A stretch of 64,000 nucleotides of DNA, taken from Bryobacterales bacterium. GTDB lineage: Bacteria; Acidobacteriota; Terriglobia; Bryobacterales; UBA6623. The notes beneath the pieces are model-generated. The model was not told the origin of the DNA. It worked only from the letters and a program-made list of their open reading frames with translations, and ran no database searches. Location: positions 2,368,001 to 2,432,000 of the forward strand of contig OY729428.2 of the NCBI GenBank assembly GCA_963422375.2, read 5' to 3'. Both the position numbers and the translations under genes were made by a program. Positions within the stretch are counted from its first letter, which is position 1. Each line of letters opens with the position of its first letter. Of this stretch, positions 10,956 through 21,885 are shown one piece after another.

Positions 10956-11303
10956 GGCTCAGTACTAGCTTGAGTCTAGGGGACGGGACGACGCAGCGTC
11001 GAACCGCTGCCGACGCGCCTGCCGGAAGTCGGCCGAGCTGTCGATGGAGAGGTTAACGCGAATCCCCCTACACCTCCCCGGCCATCCAAGCGGGCGGTAC
11101 GGCCAGTTCCCTGCGCCGCGGCTCGCCTCGTTGTCCCAAGGGGCGACCGCTCCCGCACCGCCACGTCGCGCCGCGCTGCGAGTTGCATGTGCAGCCAAGA
11201 AGGGCAGCCACCGTTTGATGCGGCAATCCGGGCTTCCGCGACGTCGTGCGACAAAGCACCGCGAGAGGAAGCCGGGAGGCTCGGGTATACTCGGCTCAAG
11301 GGC

Positions 11304-12020
11304 ATGGACGAAACGGAAATCGTCGCGGCCATACAGGCCGCCATCAGGCGGAAGGGCACCAACCCAAGCAGGCTCGCCAAGGAGAACGGCTGGTCGGTGA
11401 ACGCCGTCCGCTACATCCTGGAGGGACGCCGGCCCAGCAGCAGCCGCCTAGCAGAGGTCTGCAAGGCACTGGGCCTCGAGTTTTACGTGGGCCCGCCCCG
11501 CATGCCCGGAGGGAGCCAGCTCAACGCCGAGCGGCTCGCGGACGAGCTAGAACGCCTCGCCGCGGAGGCCCGTCGACTTGCCCGGGCATCCCGGCCGCGA
11601 GTAACCGAAATCGACCAAGGCTTGTACGCTTCAGCACCGCTCTACAGCGTGCTTGCGGCCGCCGGCGAGGGTCTGACCGTCGATACGGAGGAGGTCAAGG
11701 GATACCTCGGGTTCAACAGGACCTGGCTCCGGAGCCAGCGGCTTGCAGCTGACAAGCTGGCCGTGATCGAGGTGCGTGGCGATTCGATGGAGCCGACTCT
11801 GTACGGCGGAGACACGGTGCTCCTCGACATGCAGGCGCATCCGTTGCGCGACCGCGAGATCTACACGCTCCGGCGCGAAAACGATCTCCTGGTCAAGCGC
11901 CTCCGTCGCAAGGGATCCGAATGGCGTATTGTCAGCGACAACCCCGCCTACTCGGAAGAAACACTGGGGCCTGAGCACGCCGTTGTCGGCAAGGTGGTCT
12001 GGCTCGGACGAGTGCTCTGA
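11304..12020 (+). CDS. XRE-type HTH / S24 peptidase (LexA/CI-like) regulator
   Basis: N-terminal HTH; S24 motifs GDSMEP (Ser) and LLVKRL (Lys) intact; SDNPAY. Confidence 0.85.
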   Translation: MDETEIVAAIQAAIRRKGTNPSRLAKENGWSVNAVRYILEGRRPSSSRLAEVCKALGLEFYVGPPRMPGGSQLNAERLADELERLAAEARRLARASRPRVTEIDQGLYASAPLYSVLAAAGEGLTVDTEEVKGYLGFNRTWLRSQRLAADKLAVIEVRGDSMEPTLYGGDTVLLDMQAHPLRDREIYTLRRENDLLVKRLRRKGSEWRIVSDNPAYSEETLGPEHAVVGKVVWLGRVL

Positions 12021-12028
12021 ACGCGACG

Positions 12029-13348
12029 CTATCTCGGGACGGCCTGACCTGCGAGATAAACCGCGTGGATGTCGCGCAGGTTGCGGATGTTGCCGAGCGG
12101 GTTGCTGTTGAGGAGGATCATGTCGGCCGCCTTGCCTTCCGCTAGCGTGCCGTAGTCCCTGTCGATTCCAAGGCCTTCCGACGCGTTCTTCGAGAACGAC
12201 ACGATGACCTGCATGGGCGTCAGGCCGGCTTGGACCATCAGTTCCGCCTCCCAGTGCTCGAAGTACCCGGCGAAGCGCGCCGGCGGCCCGCTGTCGGTGC
12301 CGAAACCGATCCGTACTCCCGCATCGGACAGCCTCTTGAGATTCCTCATCGCCATGCGAAAGTTCGCGCGGTTTATCTGTTGCTCGGGATCCTTGGCCTG
12401 CGAGTCTCGCAATTGGGTGCGTAGCCCGCGCACCACGGCACCATCGACTCTCGACGCGAAGAACGGATCGCTCAGCCACGCGGGCGAGTCCGCGTAAGTG
12501 TAGGTCGACAGCTCGCGCGTCAGGGTCGGCGCATAGGCGATCCCGCGCGCCAGCAGGCGGCGGATCAGCTCCCGGTCCGCCTCGGCATCGCGGACGCTGT
12601 GGACGATAAGGTCCAACCCCGCATCGGCCAGGCGCTTGGCGTCAGCGAGTTCGTAAAGGTGCGCGGCGGCGCGCATTCCGCGCCGATGGGCTTGGTCGAT
12701 GATCGCCGCGTATACGTTCTGGTCAAGCTTCTCGAAGTTGCCGTGGTGGCTATCGACCCACATCTTGACCAAAGTCGCACCAGCGTCGGCCAGCCGGTCC
12801 ACGTGCTGGCGCGCTTCCTCCGGTGTCGCCACCTCCAAAGCCAACCCCTTGACCCCGGGCACTTGCGTCGGATAGCCATTCGCTGACGTGAAGCCCTGCA
12901 AGGCCGTGATCACCCGGGCGAGGCCCGGAAGCTTGCCTTGGCTCACCTCGTCCCGCACCCCGACAACGAGATCCAAGTCCGTTCCCATGCTCGTAGTCGT
13001 AGTTACTCCGTAGGACGCGTAGGTTCGCAGGTTCTCGATCACGTTCTCCCGCGTGTAGAAGTCTTGGGACTGGGCAAGCCCCTTCGTCAGCCCCACGTGG
13101 CCGTGGAGGTTGATGATGCCGGGAATGAGGGTCTTTCCCGTGCCGTCCACGATTTCCGCACCGTCCGAAACCGCTAGCGTGCCGCCCTCGCCGATCAGGG
13201 CGATGCGCCCGCCAACGGCCATTACGGTCGCGTCGAGAACCGGCGGCCCCCCGCTGCCGTCGATCAACGTGACGTTCTTGATGACCAAGGCCCCCTGCCC
13301 CCACAGCAGGAGCGGCAGGAGGAGCAGTGCGGCGAGGCGTAGCTTCAT
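12029..13348 (-). CDS. Secreted amidohydrolase family protein
   Basis: Signal MKLRLAALLLLP; IPGIINLHGH, FGTDSG, GKAADMILL. Confidence 0.88.
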   Translation of the reverse strand: MKLRLAALLLLPLLLWGQGALVIKNVTLIDGSGGPPVLDATVMAVGGRIALIGEGGTLAVSDGAEIVDGTGKTLIPGIINLHGHVGLTKGLAQSQDFYTRENVIENLRTYASYGVTTTTSMGTDLDLVVGVRDEVSQGKLPGLARVITALQGFTSANGYPTQVPGVKGLALEVATPEEARQHVDRLADAGATLVKMWVDSHHGNFEKLDQNVYAAIIDQAHRRGMRAAAHLYELADAKRLADAGLDLIVHSVRDAEADRELIRRLLARGIAYAPTLTRELSTYTYADSPAWLSDPFFASRVDGAVVRGLRTQLRDSQAKDPEQQINRANFRMAMRNLKRLSDAGVRIGFGTDSGPPARFAGYFEHWEAELMVQAGLTPMQVIVSFSKNASEGLGIDRDYGTLAEGKAADMILLNSNPLGNIRNLRDIHAVYLAGQAVPR

Positions 13349-13529
13349 CGGAGCTCGGATTCTAGCACGCGCCCCGCTCCGCCATCGAGAGGCGGCCGCT
13401 CCGTGCCGCGGGCTGTCCGGCACGCCCGGCGCGCGCCAAGGGTGGTAAGCTACTTGCAAGCAAGGTGACCCGTCGGCCTCCGCTCGGGGCCCGGCCCGAG
13501 GCCGCACCGGGCTCCTTGCCGTATTGCGA

Positions 13530-14345
13530 ATGCTGATCGACGCCGTCAAATGCGTGGCCTGCGCGAATTGCGTGCCGGTCTGCCCGATGGGCGCAATTTA
13601 CATCGATCCAAGCATCCAGCGCGCCACGATCAACCAAGACGAGTGCGTCGAATGCGGGACTTGCTTCCGCGGCATGAGCCAAGAGCACTTGAATCCTGCT
13701 CTGATAAGGACCGTGCGCAAGGTAGCCCGCTTGTTCCGCTTCCGATTCGAGCCCGAGCCGGACGTGTGCCCCACCGCGGCGTTCGTCATGAACGATCTGA
13801 CCATGCCCCGCCTGGTGCGCCAAGTGTTCTCGGACCCGGTGGTCGAGCACAAGTCCACCGGGATCAAGGGACGCGGCACCGAGGAAGTCAAGACAAACGA
13901 CGTCAACCCGCGCGTGAACGTCGGAGAGGTCGGCTACACGATCGAGTTCGGACGTCCGGGCGTCGGCGTGCGCTTCCGAGACATCCAAGAAATGACGGTG
14001 GCTCTCGCCAAGCTCGGGATCGCCTTCGAAGACAAGAACCCGATCAGCCATCTAATGACCGACAAGGCTGCCGGGACGCTCCGGCAAGATATCCTCGACG
14101 AGAAAATCCTTTCCGGAATTGTCGAAATCAAGACTCGTCTAGAGCAGGTCGAGGCCGTACTTGCGACGGTCGAGGAAGTGAATCGCGAGATCGACACCGT
14201 GACGGCCGTCGGAATCTCGACTCGCTGCGATTCCAGCGGCGAAGAGAACAAGCTGGCCCAAGTCCTAGAGGAACTCGGATTCGGCGCGGAGCGTGCCAAG
14301 ACCAACATGGGACTGGGCCGCGCAACGAACCCGGAGGCCGCATGA
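13530..14345 (+). CDS. 4Fe-4S dicluster domain protein
   Basis: CVACANCVPVCP and CVECGTC...VCP ferredoxin motifs; conserved-looking GRGTEEVKTNDV. Confidence 0.8.
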   Translation: MLIDAVKCVACANCVPVCPMGAIYIDPSIQRATINQDECVECGTCFRGMSQEHLNPALIRTVRKVARLFRFRFEPEPDVCPTAAFVMNDLTMPRLVRQVFSDPVVEHKSTGIKGRGTEEVKTNDVNPRVNVGEVGYTIEFGRPGVGVRFRDIQEMTVALAKLGIAFEDKNPISHLMTDKAAGTLRQDILDEKILSGIVEIKTRLEQVEAVLATVEEVNREIDTVTAVGISTRCDSSGEENKLAQVLEELGFGAERAKTNMGLGRATNPEAA

Positions 14346-15016
14346 CCAACACGCTGCACCGTTACGGCGAGTCCGCCTCGTTCCGGGACGACTACATCTT
14401 GTTCTGCATTCCGTCCCCGGGCAAGAACGACTCGGGGGCGGTCGAGAAGCAGCAGGCCTTCCTGCGCATCTGCTCGCGGCACCATCCAGTGAACATGGGC
14501 AACGGCAACCGAGGGTCGTTCAAGCCGGAGCGCCACCTGAATCCTCGAGCCCACTGGAACCGCGACTTCTCGCCTGACTGGGAAGGCGTCATCGAAGGCG
14601 TGCGAAAGCCGGGGACGGCAGCAGCTGTGTTCGATTCGAAGGAGAAGGCGGTCGCCTGCCTGCGCGAGGTAATCGAGGCCGACCTAGGGCTGTCGGTCAA
14701 CCTGAGCACGTCGGTCGCCGGGGCGCGGGACGTGGCGGCCTGCTGCGGGATCCCGCGCCACAGCGTCGAATACTCCCTCGGATTCTCGGACCCGCACGAC
14801 CACCTGCCCAATAGCCAGGTGCTCAAGCTCTCGACAATGTGCGGGCACGGGATGGTCTCGTTCAACATGGCGCGCAAGATGCTCGACATGGTGCGCGAGG
14901 GGCGGCGCACTCCGGGCCAAGCGGTCGCCACTCTGGCACGCTTCTGCCCCTGCGGCGTCTACAATCCGATTCGCGCCAAGCGCCTGCTCGAGGAAGCCCG
15001 CAAGCAGACGGCGTAG
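14342..15016 (+). CDS. Uncharacterised Cys-motif protein translationally coupled to the Fe-S gene
   Basis: ATGA overlap with the upstream stop; MTNTLHRYG start; motifs MCGHGMV and FCPCGVYNP. Confidence 0.7.
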   Translation: MTNTLHRYGESASFRDDYILFCIPSPGKNDSGAVEKQQAFLRICSRHHPVNMGNGNRGSFKPERHLNPRAHWNRDFSPDWEGVIEGVRKPGTAAAVFDSKEKAVACLREVIEADLGLSVNLSTSVAGARDVAACCGIPRHSVEYSLGFSDPHDHLPNSQVLKLSTMCGHGMVSFNMARKMLDMVREGRRTPGQAVATLARFCPCGVYNPIRAKRLLEEARKQTA

Positions 15017-15706
15017 TCGTGCCGTAGCCAACGACCGTGCCGCCTGCCATGGTCGCGTCGTGCGAAGCATCGGAGTACTGCGAATCGCGAAAGCTGTCGG
15101 GCCCGTCGGGTGTGTCCGAACCGGCCGACATCGTGGAGTTGAGCCGCTTGGCGCCGGGCGAACCTCCCGGCAGATTCAGTTGCAGATGTGTCGGGCCTGC
15201 GCGCGGGCCAGCCAAAGTCGACTAGCGAGCCGGGACCGGGGTCAGTTCGATCGCAGCCGCCTGCCGGAGGGGGGTTACCCGGGCGCTGGCCGAGAATTCC
15301 GGGAGCGGGAGCGGTGCCTGCGACCGGCGGGCTCACGAGAGCGGCAGGCGAAAGGACTCCGGCTCGGCAGCTGCAGCCAAGCCTTGTTCCGGGGCTAGCT
15401 CTCCGACGGGTCTTCGAAATCCTGCACGACACCCATTCCGAGCCCGGCTCCGTCCCGGATGGATGCCCGCGCGGACAGCCGGGAGGATTCCGATCAACCT
15501 CTGTAAGGTACTCTGAGGATGGACCTCTTGAGGATGCATGTGCTGGTCATGGTCTCCCGAATCCCGGACTTGCCGATGCATTAGAGGACCAAGGCGAATC
15601 TCGACAGCAGGTTTGAGACGCGTTTCGGTCTCTCCACCAGTGAAATTGACGATCGGGAATTGAGGGCTCGCGAGGTCCGCTGGGTAGCCGAGCCGCGTTC
15701 GGCACC

Positions 15707-16268
15707 GTGACCTCTTTCCAGTCGACAGCCCGGGATATCAGCACGGCCTGTCGCTATTTCCGGCGTAATCCGGGAATCTTCTCCGTCGCAGTGGTGGTTC
15801 TTGCGCTCGGAATCGGAGCGTCCACTGCCGTGTTTAGCGCGGCTGAGACGCTTTTGCTGCGCTCGCCCTTATATCCCGAAAGTGATCGCCTGGTGACGCT
15901 CCGAAGCGCCGATACGATAGGCGACGATCCGGCCACGCGTGTGCCCCCGGGCCTGCTTGCCGATTGGCAGATCAGGGCTACGGCGTTCGATGAAATTGCC
16001 GGATACCGCCGGACGACTGCCGATTTGATTTCTGGTGCGCAAAGCGACCGGTTGAGTGGACTTCTCGCCACGCCGGAATTCTTCGAAGTGTTCGGCGTGC
16101 CGCTTCTCGAACGATCCTTTCAGGACGGGGATCGCGGTGCCAAGCGACCCTTCAAATCGACAGATACAGGGGAGACGTTGATACTCGGCAACGAGGTCTG
16201 GCGTCGTCGATTCGATTGGGACGAGGCGCTCGTTGGGAAATCCGTGGAGATCTATGTCCTTAATTTTT
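15707..16268 (+). pseudogene. N-terminal fragment of a MacB/ADOP-type ABC permease, cut by IS1595
   Basis: RNPGIFSVAVVVLALGIGASTAVFS...LLRSPLYPESDRLV; the frame ends at the IS terminal repeat. Confidence 0.85.
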
Positions 16269-17243
16269 CCTGATTACCAACGAACTTCAGCCGAGGATAT
16301 GCTATACTGGAGGAGGTCGGAAATCTCTGACAGGAAAGGGGCTAGCAGATGAAACGCAATCGCGTGCAATTCCAGAAGGGACTCAGCCTGGGCAAGTTCC
16401 TGCAGCGCTACGGCAGCGAGGGGCCATGCGAGCAGGCCGTCTTCAAGGCCCGCTGGCCGGACGGCTTCCGCTGCCCGGAGTGCGGCTCCCGACGGCACTG
16501 CCGCATCCCCTCCCGCAAGCTCTGGCAGCGCAATACCGCAATGCCTGCCACCGCCGGACCGCCCTCGTCGCCGGCACGATCTTGGCCGCCACCCAGCTGC
16601 CGCTGACCGTCCGGTTGCTGGCGATCCATCTGCTGACGCAGGGCCAGCACGGCGTTTCGTCGCTGGAACTGGCGCGGCAGCTGGGCGTGAGCCGGAACAC
16701 GGCTTGGAAGGTGCAGCACAAGCTCCTGCTAGTGCTGAAGGAGCGCGGGCGCGGCGCGGCGGGCAAGACGCTGTTCGTCGTCGCCGTGCAGGTCACCGCC
16801 GCCGGCCAGCCGGCAAGGATGCGCCTGAGCAGCGTGGCGGGCTTGCGCCAGAAGACGCTGGCAGCGTGGGCCGGGCGGCACTTGCAGCCCGGCACGGAGG
16901 TGCATTCCGACGGCCCGGCCTGCTTCCGGGGCGTGGCCGGCGCCGGCTGCGAGCACGTGCCGACCGTCACCGCAGGCGGGAAGCGGAGCTGCGGGGATTC
17001 CCGCTTCGTCCGGGTCAACGTCCGGGTCAACACGATGCTGGCGCACGTCAAGCAGTCCCTGGCGGGAACCTGCCATGCGCTCGACGGCAAGCACCTGCCG
17101 CGGTACCTCGCCGAGTTCCGCTACCGCTTCAACCGCCGCTACGACCTGGAGGCGCTGGTCCCCCGCCTGCTCCACGCCTCCGTGCGCACCCCGCCCATGC
17201 CTTACCGCCTCCTAACCTTGGCTGAGTCTTGTGGGTAATCAGG
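16269..17243 (+). mobile_element. IS1595-family element with frameshifted, internally deleted transposase
   Basis: Imperfect TIRs CCTGATTACCAACGAACTTCAGCC and GGCTGAGTCTTGTGGGTAATCAGG; RWPDGFRCPECG and YLAEFRYRFNRR lie in different frames; no matching TSD. Confidence 0.88.
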
Positions 17244-17338
17244 ATGTCTTTAGGCGCATCGTGATACGGGCTGCGCTCGGCTGTCTGCGCGGACAGGATC
17301 CCGGACAACGCCAGCAGCAGTGCGGTCCGGGGCCACAT
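17244..17338 (-). pseudogene. 5' stub (signal peptide) of a secreted protein truncated by IS1595
   Basis: MWPRTALLLALSGILSAQ... runs directly into the IS right end. Confidence 0.45.
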
Positions 17339-17576
17339 GACAGGCAGGGTATTGCTTTCGGAGGCTCCCGGTCAAGCCGCGCGGCGGTCGCATGAGGATT
17401 GAGGTGTGTCCGCGCAGTTCGCGGCTCGCACCTGTGCAGGGGGCCAGGCCTTTGAAGGCACGCGGCGAACCCCGAGAATGCTGTGGTCCAGATGTTGCTC
17501 GCAGGGGCGGAACGATTGGAAGGGACCTCGCGTCCTACGCCCGCGCGACGCATCGAATCGGGCCATCCAGAGTCGC

Positions 17577-18245
17577 TCAAGCCTGCGACCTTCGCTTGAG
17601 CTTGGGCTGCTCGTCGGTTTCCGAGCCCTCTTCGGTCTCGCCGGGAAGAACCGGCTCACTCCGGCCGCTCCGCTTGAGCGTCGGGCGGTTCGGATCCGCT
17701 TCCTTCTGCTTCTGGCGTGCGTTCAACTTCTCCAGCCGAGCCTTGATGTCTTGAAACTCGCTGCTCGTGACCGCGTACTCCCCTTGCTCCGGGAGCAGCT
17801 CGTTGATCGTTCTCTGGACCGCCTTGATACGAGCGGCGGTCAGCGGGTGCGAGCTGAACGCCTTGGCGATGGCGTTCTTTCTCTTCTTGCTCAGCGCCTT
17901 GAGACGCTCGGAGAACTGCACCATGGAAGCAGGGTCGTAGCCGGTCTTGTACAGGTACTGCACGCCGAGGAAGTCGGCATCCTTCTCGAACTGCCTGGAG
18001 AATTTCAGCAGAGTCATCGGCAAGGCGAAGTTGGCTGCCTGCTGCACGCCGTAGCCAGCCCAGCCGCCAATGAAGAGCAGAGGAATGCTGGCATGCGCAT
18101 GAGTGTCGCTCGGGACGCGCTGCGAGTGCCGTGGCGCGCAGCCACATGCGCAATCTCGTGGGCCATGACGCCCGCTAGTTCCGCTTCGTCCTCGGCGAGC
18201 TCGATCAGGCCGGTGTTGACGTAAAAGTGGCCTCCCGGCAGCGCG
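17577..18245 (-). pseudogene. C-terminal part of an M48 metallopeptidase, frameshifted
   Basis: ALPGGHFYVNTGLI...AHEIAHVAARH in one frame, then FSRQFEKDAD...GYDP...SSHP in another. Confidence 0.85.
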
Positions 18246-18435
18246 AGTTGTCCATTCTTGCAACTCGTTGTACAATATATACTTGTAGGTAGACTGCCAC
18301 CCCTGATTCCCTCGTCTATTACCACGTTCCGGACGGGAATCCGGCGGACCATCCGAGCCATTCTCGAACCGCTCCAGACCGCCGCCTGGTCACTGCACGC
18401 AGCCGTTCAGCGTTCCGAAACTGCCGCGAGTTGAC

Positions 18436-18678
18436 TCAACCGTCCGCTTCGCGGGAGGGTGCATTGTCAGCGTGACGTTCGTCAGCCGGATGCTCCACGC
18501 TGTCCGGCACCACCTCGTGCATGACCACCGGCGGCAGGTCTCGCCAGCGTTCGCCATCGAACCGCGCGAACAGCGTCCCGTCGCGGATTCCGACGACCGT
18601 CCCGCGGTACCCTTCACGCGGAGACCCCCACGTTATCCGAACCCGCGAGCCAACGGCGATTCGTCCTGAATCGGCCAC
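18436..18678 (-). CDS. Small hypothetical protein, possibly SH3/KOW-like
   Basis: IAVGSRVRITW...YRGTVVGI beta-barrel-like pattern; lies downstream of the RM gene. Confidence 0.3.
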   Translation of the reverse strand: MADSGRIAVGSRVRITWGSPREGYRGTVVGIRDGTLFARFDGERWRDLPPVVMHEVVPDSVEHPADERHADNAPSREADG

Positions 18679-18747
18679 CCTGTGAGCGGTGTCGGGCTTG
18701 CTCCATCAGGACTTTACGGGCTGACTCGAAGATGGCCCGGATCTTGC

Positions 18748-21597
18748 TCATGACCGTTGCGTGCCCCGCTCCGCGCCGTTCAGCGTCAGCAACTCGTGCA
18801 GGATGTCGTCGTCGGTCATATCCGCGGCCCAACCGTACGCGGCAGCCACGGCGGCGTCAAGGGCATCGTGAGCGTCGGCGAGCCACGGCGGCCGGGCGTT
18901 GTAGAGGTTCGTCAGCGTGCGATTCTTGAGCGCCTTCGCCGCGTGCTCGTTTCGCGGAACGGGTCGCTTCGGGTATCCGGGAACCGGCTCGTCGACCCAC
19001 TCAACCCATTCCGGCGGATTCAGCCATCGGTCGCGCAGCTCAACGAGGCGCTGAGCCTCCCGGGCTACAGTCACCGCACGCGGGTCGGCGGCGTAGTCGG
19101 CAGCCGGAACGTCGGGCGTCAGGCCGGCCGGGAAGGGGAACGTCTCGAAGGTGGTGGTCGGCGTGTAGCGCGGCCGGTCTTCCAGGCTCGTCCCGAGCCG
19201 TAGCGACCAGACCTCATGGAACCGGCTGTGGAGGATGCCGAACGTCGTGTCATCGTCACGAGCGATGACGATCAGTTGACAGTCAGGACAGACGCGGGCG
19301 TCGAGCCGGACGAACAGCCGGTGCTTGGCGACGCGCGGCGTCGCGATGTAGCGCGACAGACCGTCGAGCGCCTGCCACATGCCGGGCCGCGGGTTCCAGT
19401 GCCGGAACCAGAATTCGCGGCTCGCCGGTTCTCGGTTCTCCTGGCGGATTGGCCGCACATGCTCGCTGATGTAGCCGAAGGGAGCTTCGTAGAGCGCAGC
19501 TTGCCCCTCGCTCATCGTGTAGCCAAAGTCCACGATCCACTTGCCCGACGGACGCCTCGTCAAGTCCATTCCGTTCGCCCAAGGCCTGAGCACATCGGCG
19601 TTCGGGCGGCCATTCGGGTTGGCCGGTAATCGAAGCCAATCGCGAGCGACGTGCCCCGAGATGTCGAACGGTCCACGCTTGATATCGCCCATGAATGCCA
19701 TGCCGACGTTGCGGGTTAGTGTGCGTGCCGTGGTGAGATCCGATCGCCCGGCGGTCAGGTCTGCATTGATTCGGACAGCTTCGGCACCATTGAGCGCGGT
19801 CGGCAACCTGGACTCGGACTTGGCGAAGCAGATCAACGAAACGCGTACGGCAACACCCTCGACCACCCAAGGCTCGTCGGCCCAGGCGTCGAAGATTGCT
19901 GAGTCCTTCAGGATTCGGTCGAGTACCACCCGGTTCGTGCCACCTCGGATCGAGTTCGTCGCCACGAGACCGGCACTCCGAATGTCGCCGTTCGCGACGA
20001 GGCGTCCAGCCTTCGCGAACCAGTAGCACACAAGATCGGGTCTGCCACGGACGACCCGCCGATACGTTTGCTCCAGCGCATCGACGTACTCGGACCCCAA
20101 CTCTCGACGAGTCTTGCGGTTGCCCAGAAACGGTGGGTTTCCGATCACGACATCCGCCATCGGCCAGTCCGGTTCGGTGCCGTCCGGTGTCAGGATCGCG
20201 TCGCGGCACTCGATGGTGTCGAGCGGCTTCAGGATCGGGTCGCGGGCCTCCGAGAAACCGTTGCGCCGCATCCACTGGATCTCGCCGATCCAGACCGAGA
20301 CGCGGGCCAGCTCAGCCGCGTACGGGTTGATCTCGATGCCCTTGACGTTGGCCGGGCCGACCACCGGGAACGCCCGCTGGAAGCCGAGCGCCTCCGCCTC
20401 GAACTGCACGCGATGCTCCAGGTCCTTGAGCGCCTGCAAGGCGAGATACAGGAAGTTGCCCGAGCCGCAAGCCGGGTCCAGCACCGTGAAGGCTCTCAGA
20501 CGGTTCAGGAACGTCCGGTACCGCCGCTCCGCCTCGTTCCGGCGCTTCGTGCGCGTGGCCGGCGACTTGGCGGCTTCCGCCCGCTCCAGCTCGGCGGCGA
20601 TCTCCGCCTTCTCCGTGGCCCACTCGGCGAGCCACGGGCGAACCACCACCGGCTCGACGATCAGCATGACCTTGCCCCGGTCCGTGTAGTGCGCCCCGAG
20701 TTGCGCACGCTTGCCCGGATCGAGCCCGCGCTCGAACAGCGTCCCGAGGATCGACGGGTCGATCTCCGACCAGTCCAGGCGGGATGCGGCCAGCGCGGTG
20801 TCGATGTTGGCCCTCTCCAGCGTCAGTGCCGTGCCATCGTCGAACAGCCCGCCGTTGAACCAGTCGACCGTCTCGAAGCCGACCCGCCCGCCGGAGGCCA
20901 TGACTCGGAACAGATCGCCGGCAAGGTCGGCGAAATGTGCCGGTGTCCGCCGCGCCTGCTCCAGCATCCGCGTGAACATGTGGCCGGGCAGCAGGCCCAC
21001 GTCGTCGGCAAACATGCAGAACACCAGCCGGTTGACGAAGTGCGCGACCACGTGCGGATCGTGGCCGCGTTCCCGGAGTGACTGCGCGAGCGTCGCGAAA
21101 GACTCCGCCGCTTTCTTGGTGAGCGATTGCCGCGTCTCGCCCGGCCGCAGCCGCTCGGGGTCCGAGAACGCCCACGTGAGCCGGTCGCGTGTCGCGGCGT
21201 CGGCCAAGTCGTCGAGGCCGAACTCGTGGGTCTTGCTGACGCAGTTGGTCCAGTTGGTACGGATGCGGAACCGCTGCATGTCGGAGACGATCAGCAGCGG
21301 CGGGTTCTCCAGCGCCAGCGCGTACAGGCGGAGTTGTCCAAACGCCGCGTCCAGGTCCGCCCGTTTGCCCTTGTACTCCCACGCGAAGTGATGGCGCTTC
21401 CAGACATCGGCCCAGCCGTCTCCGCCGGTGTCCTTGCGGGCACCCCGCTCGAAGCAGTACGTCTCACCCTTCGGGTCGGCTTCGGCTGGCGTCGGCTCGC
21501 CGAGCAGCCGGCACAGGTCGATGAAGTGCTCCTGCGACGCCGAGCGCTCCTTCAACTCGGCGGCGCGCCACTTGTCGATGAACTCGTGCGGCGTCAT
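18748..21597 (-). CDS. MmeI/YeeA-like (Type IIL) fused restriction endonuclease and N6-adenine methyltransferase
   Basis: N-terminal ADVW...AWEYK nuclease motif; LGAHYT; motif I LDPACGSGNFL; motif IV IGNPPFLG; C-terminal TLTNLYN...AHDALDAAVAAAYGW. Confidence 0.9.
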   Translation of the reverse strand: MTPHEFIDKWRAAELKERSASQEHFIDLCRLLGEPTPAEADPKGETYCFERGARKDTGGDGWADVWKRHHFAWEYKGKRADLDAAFGQLRLYALALENPPLLIVSDMQRFRIRTNWTNCVSKTHEFGLDDLADAATRDRLTWAFSDPERLRPGETRQSLTKKAAESFATLAQSLRERGHDPHVVAHFVNRLVFCMFADDVGLLPGHMFTRMLEQARRTPAHFADLAGDLFRVMASGGRVGFETVDWFNGGLFDDGTALTLERANIDTALAASRLDWSEIDPSILGTLFERGLDPGKRAQLGAHYTDRGKVMLIVEPVVVRPWLAEWATEKAEIAAELERAEAAKSPATRTKRRNEAERRYRTFLNRLRAFTVLDPACGSGNFLYLALQALKDLEHRVQFEAEALGFQRAFPVVGPANVKGIEINPYAAELARVSVWIGEIQWMRRNGFSEARDPILKPLDTIECRDAILTPDGTEPDWPMADVVIGNPPFLGNRKTRRELGSEYVDALEQTYRRVVRGRPDLVCYWFAKAGRLVANGDIRSAGLVATNSIRGGTNRVVLDRILKDSAIFDAWADEPWVVEGVAVRVSLICFAKSESRLPTALNGAEAVRINADLTAGRSDLTTARTLTRNVGMAFMGDIKRGPFDISGHVARDWLRLPANPNGRPNADVLRPWANGMDLTRRPSGKWIVDFGYTMSEGQAALYEAPFGYISEHVRPIRQENREPASREFWFRHWNPRPGMWQALDGLSRYIATPRVAKHRLFVRLDARVCPDCQLIVIARDDDTTFGILHSRFHEVWSLRLGTSLEDRPRYTPTTTFETFPFPAGLTPDVPAADYAADPRAVTVAREAQRLVELRDRWLNPPEWVEWVDEPVPGYPKRPVPRNEHAAKALKNRTLTNLYNARPPWLADAHDALDAAVAAAYGWAADMTDDDILHELLTLNGAERGTQRS

Positions 21598-21885
21598 GGG
21601 GCATTCAGCGTAGCTCGTGATGCCGCCACCTGCTGCAACGGGGCCGGACGGCACATGCTTGCCGTGGCCACCGCCGGCATCGTCGGGCCAGATAGCGTGA
21701 GCCTGTGCTCGCCTCGCTCCCACCCTGCTGCGCGGGGCTGACGCCCTTGACGCCGGCTCCGCGCACGCTCGTCCGGATTGGCCCTTAGACGACGATGCCT
21801 GCTCAGACGCTCCCGTCCGAAGGGCTGACCGGACGGTTTTCGGCGCCGAAGAGAGGTCGTACCGGATGCCTGTGCGGTACGGTTT

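Noticed and set aside
18748..21597. Functional pairing of the MmeI-like RM gene with the prophage DarB-like protein
   Set aside because: They lie in separate elements about 28 kb apart; nothing in the sequence links them.
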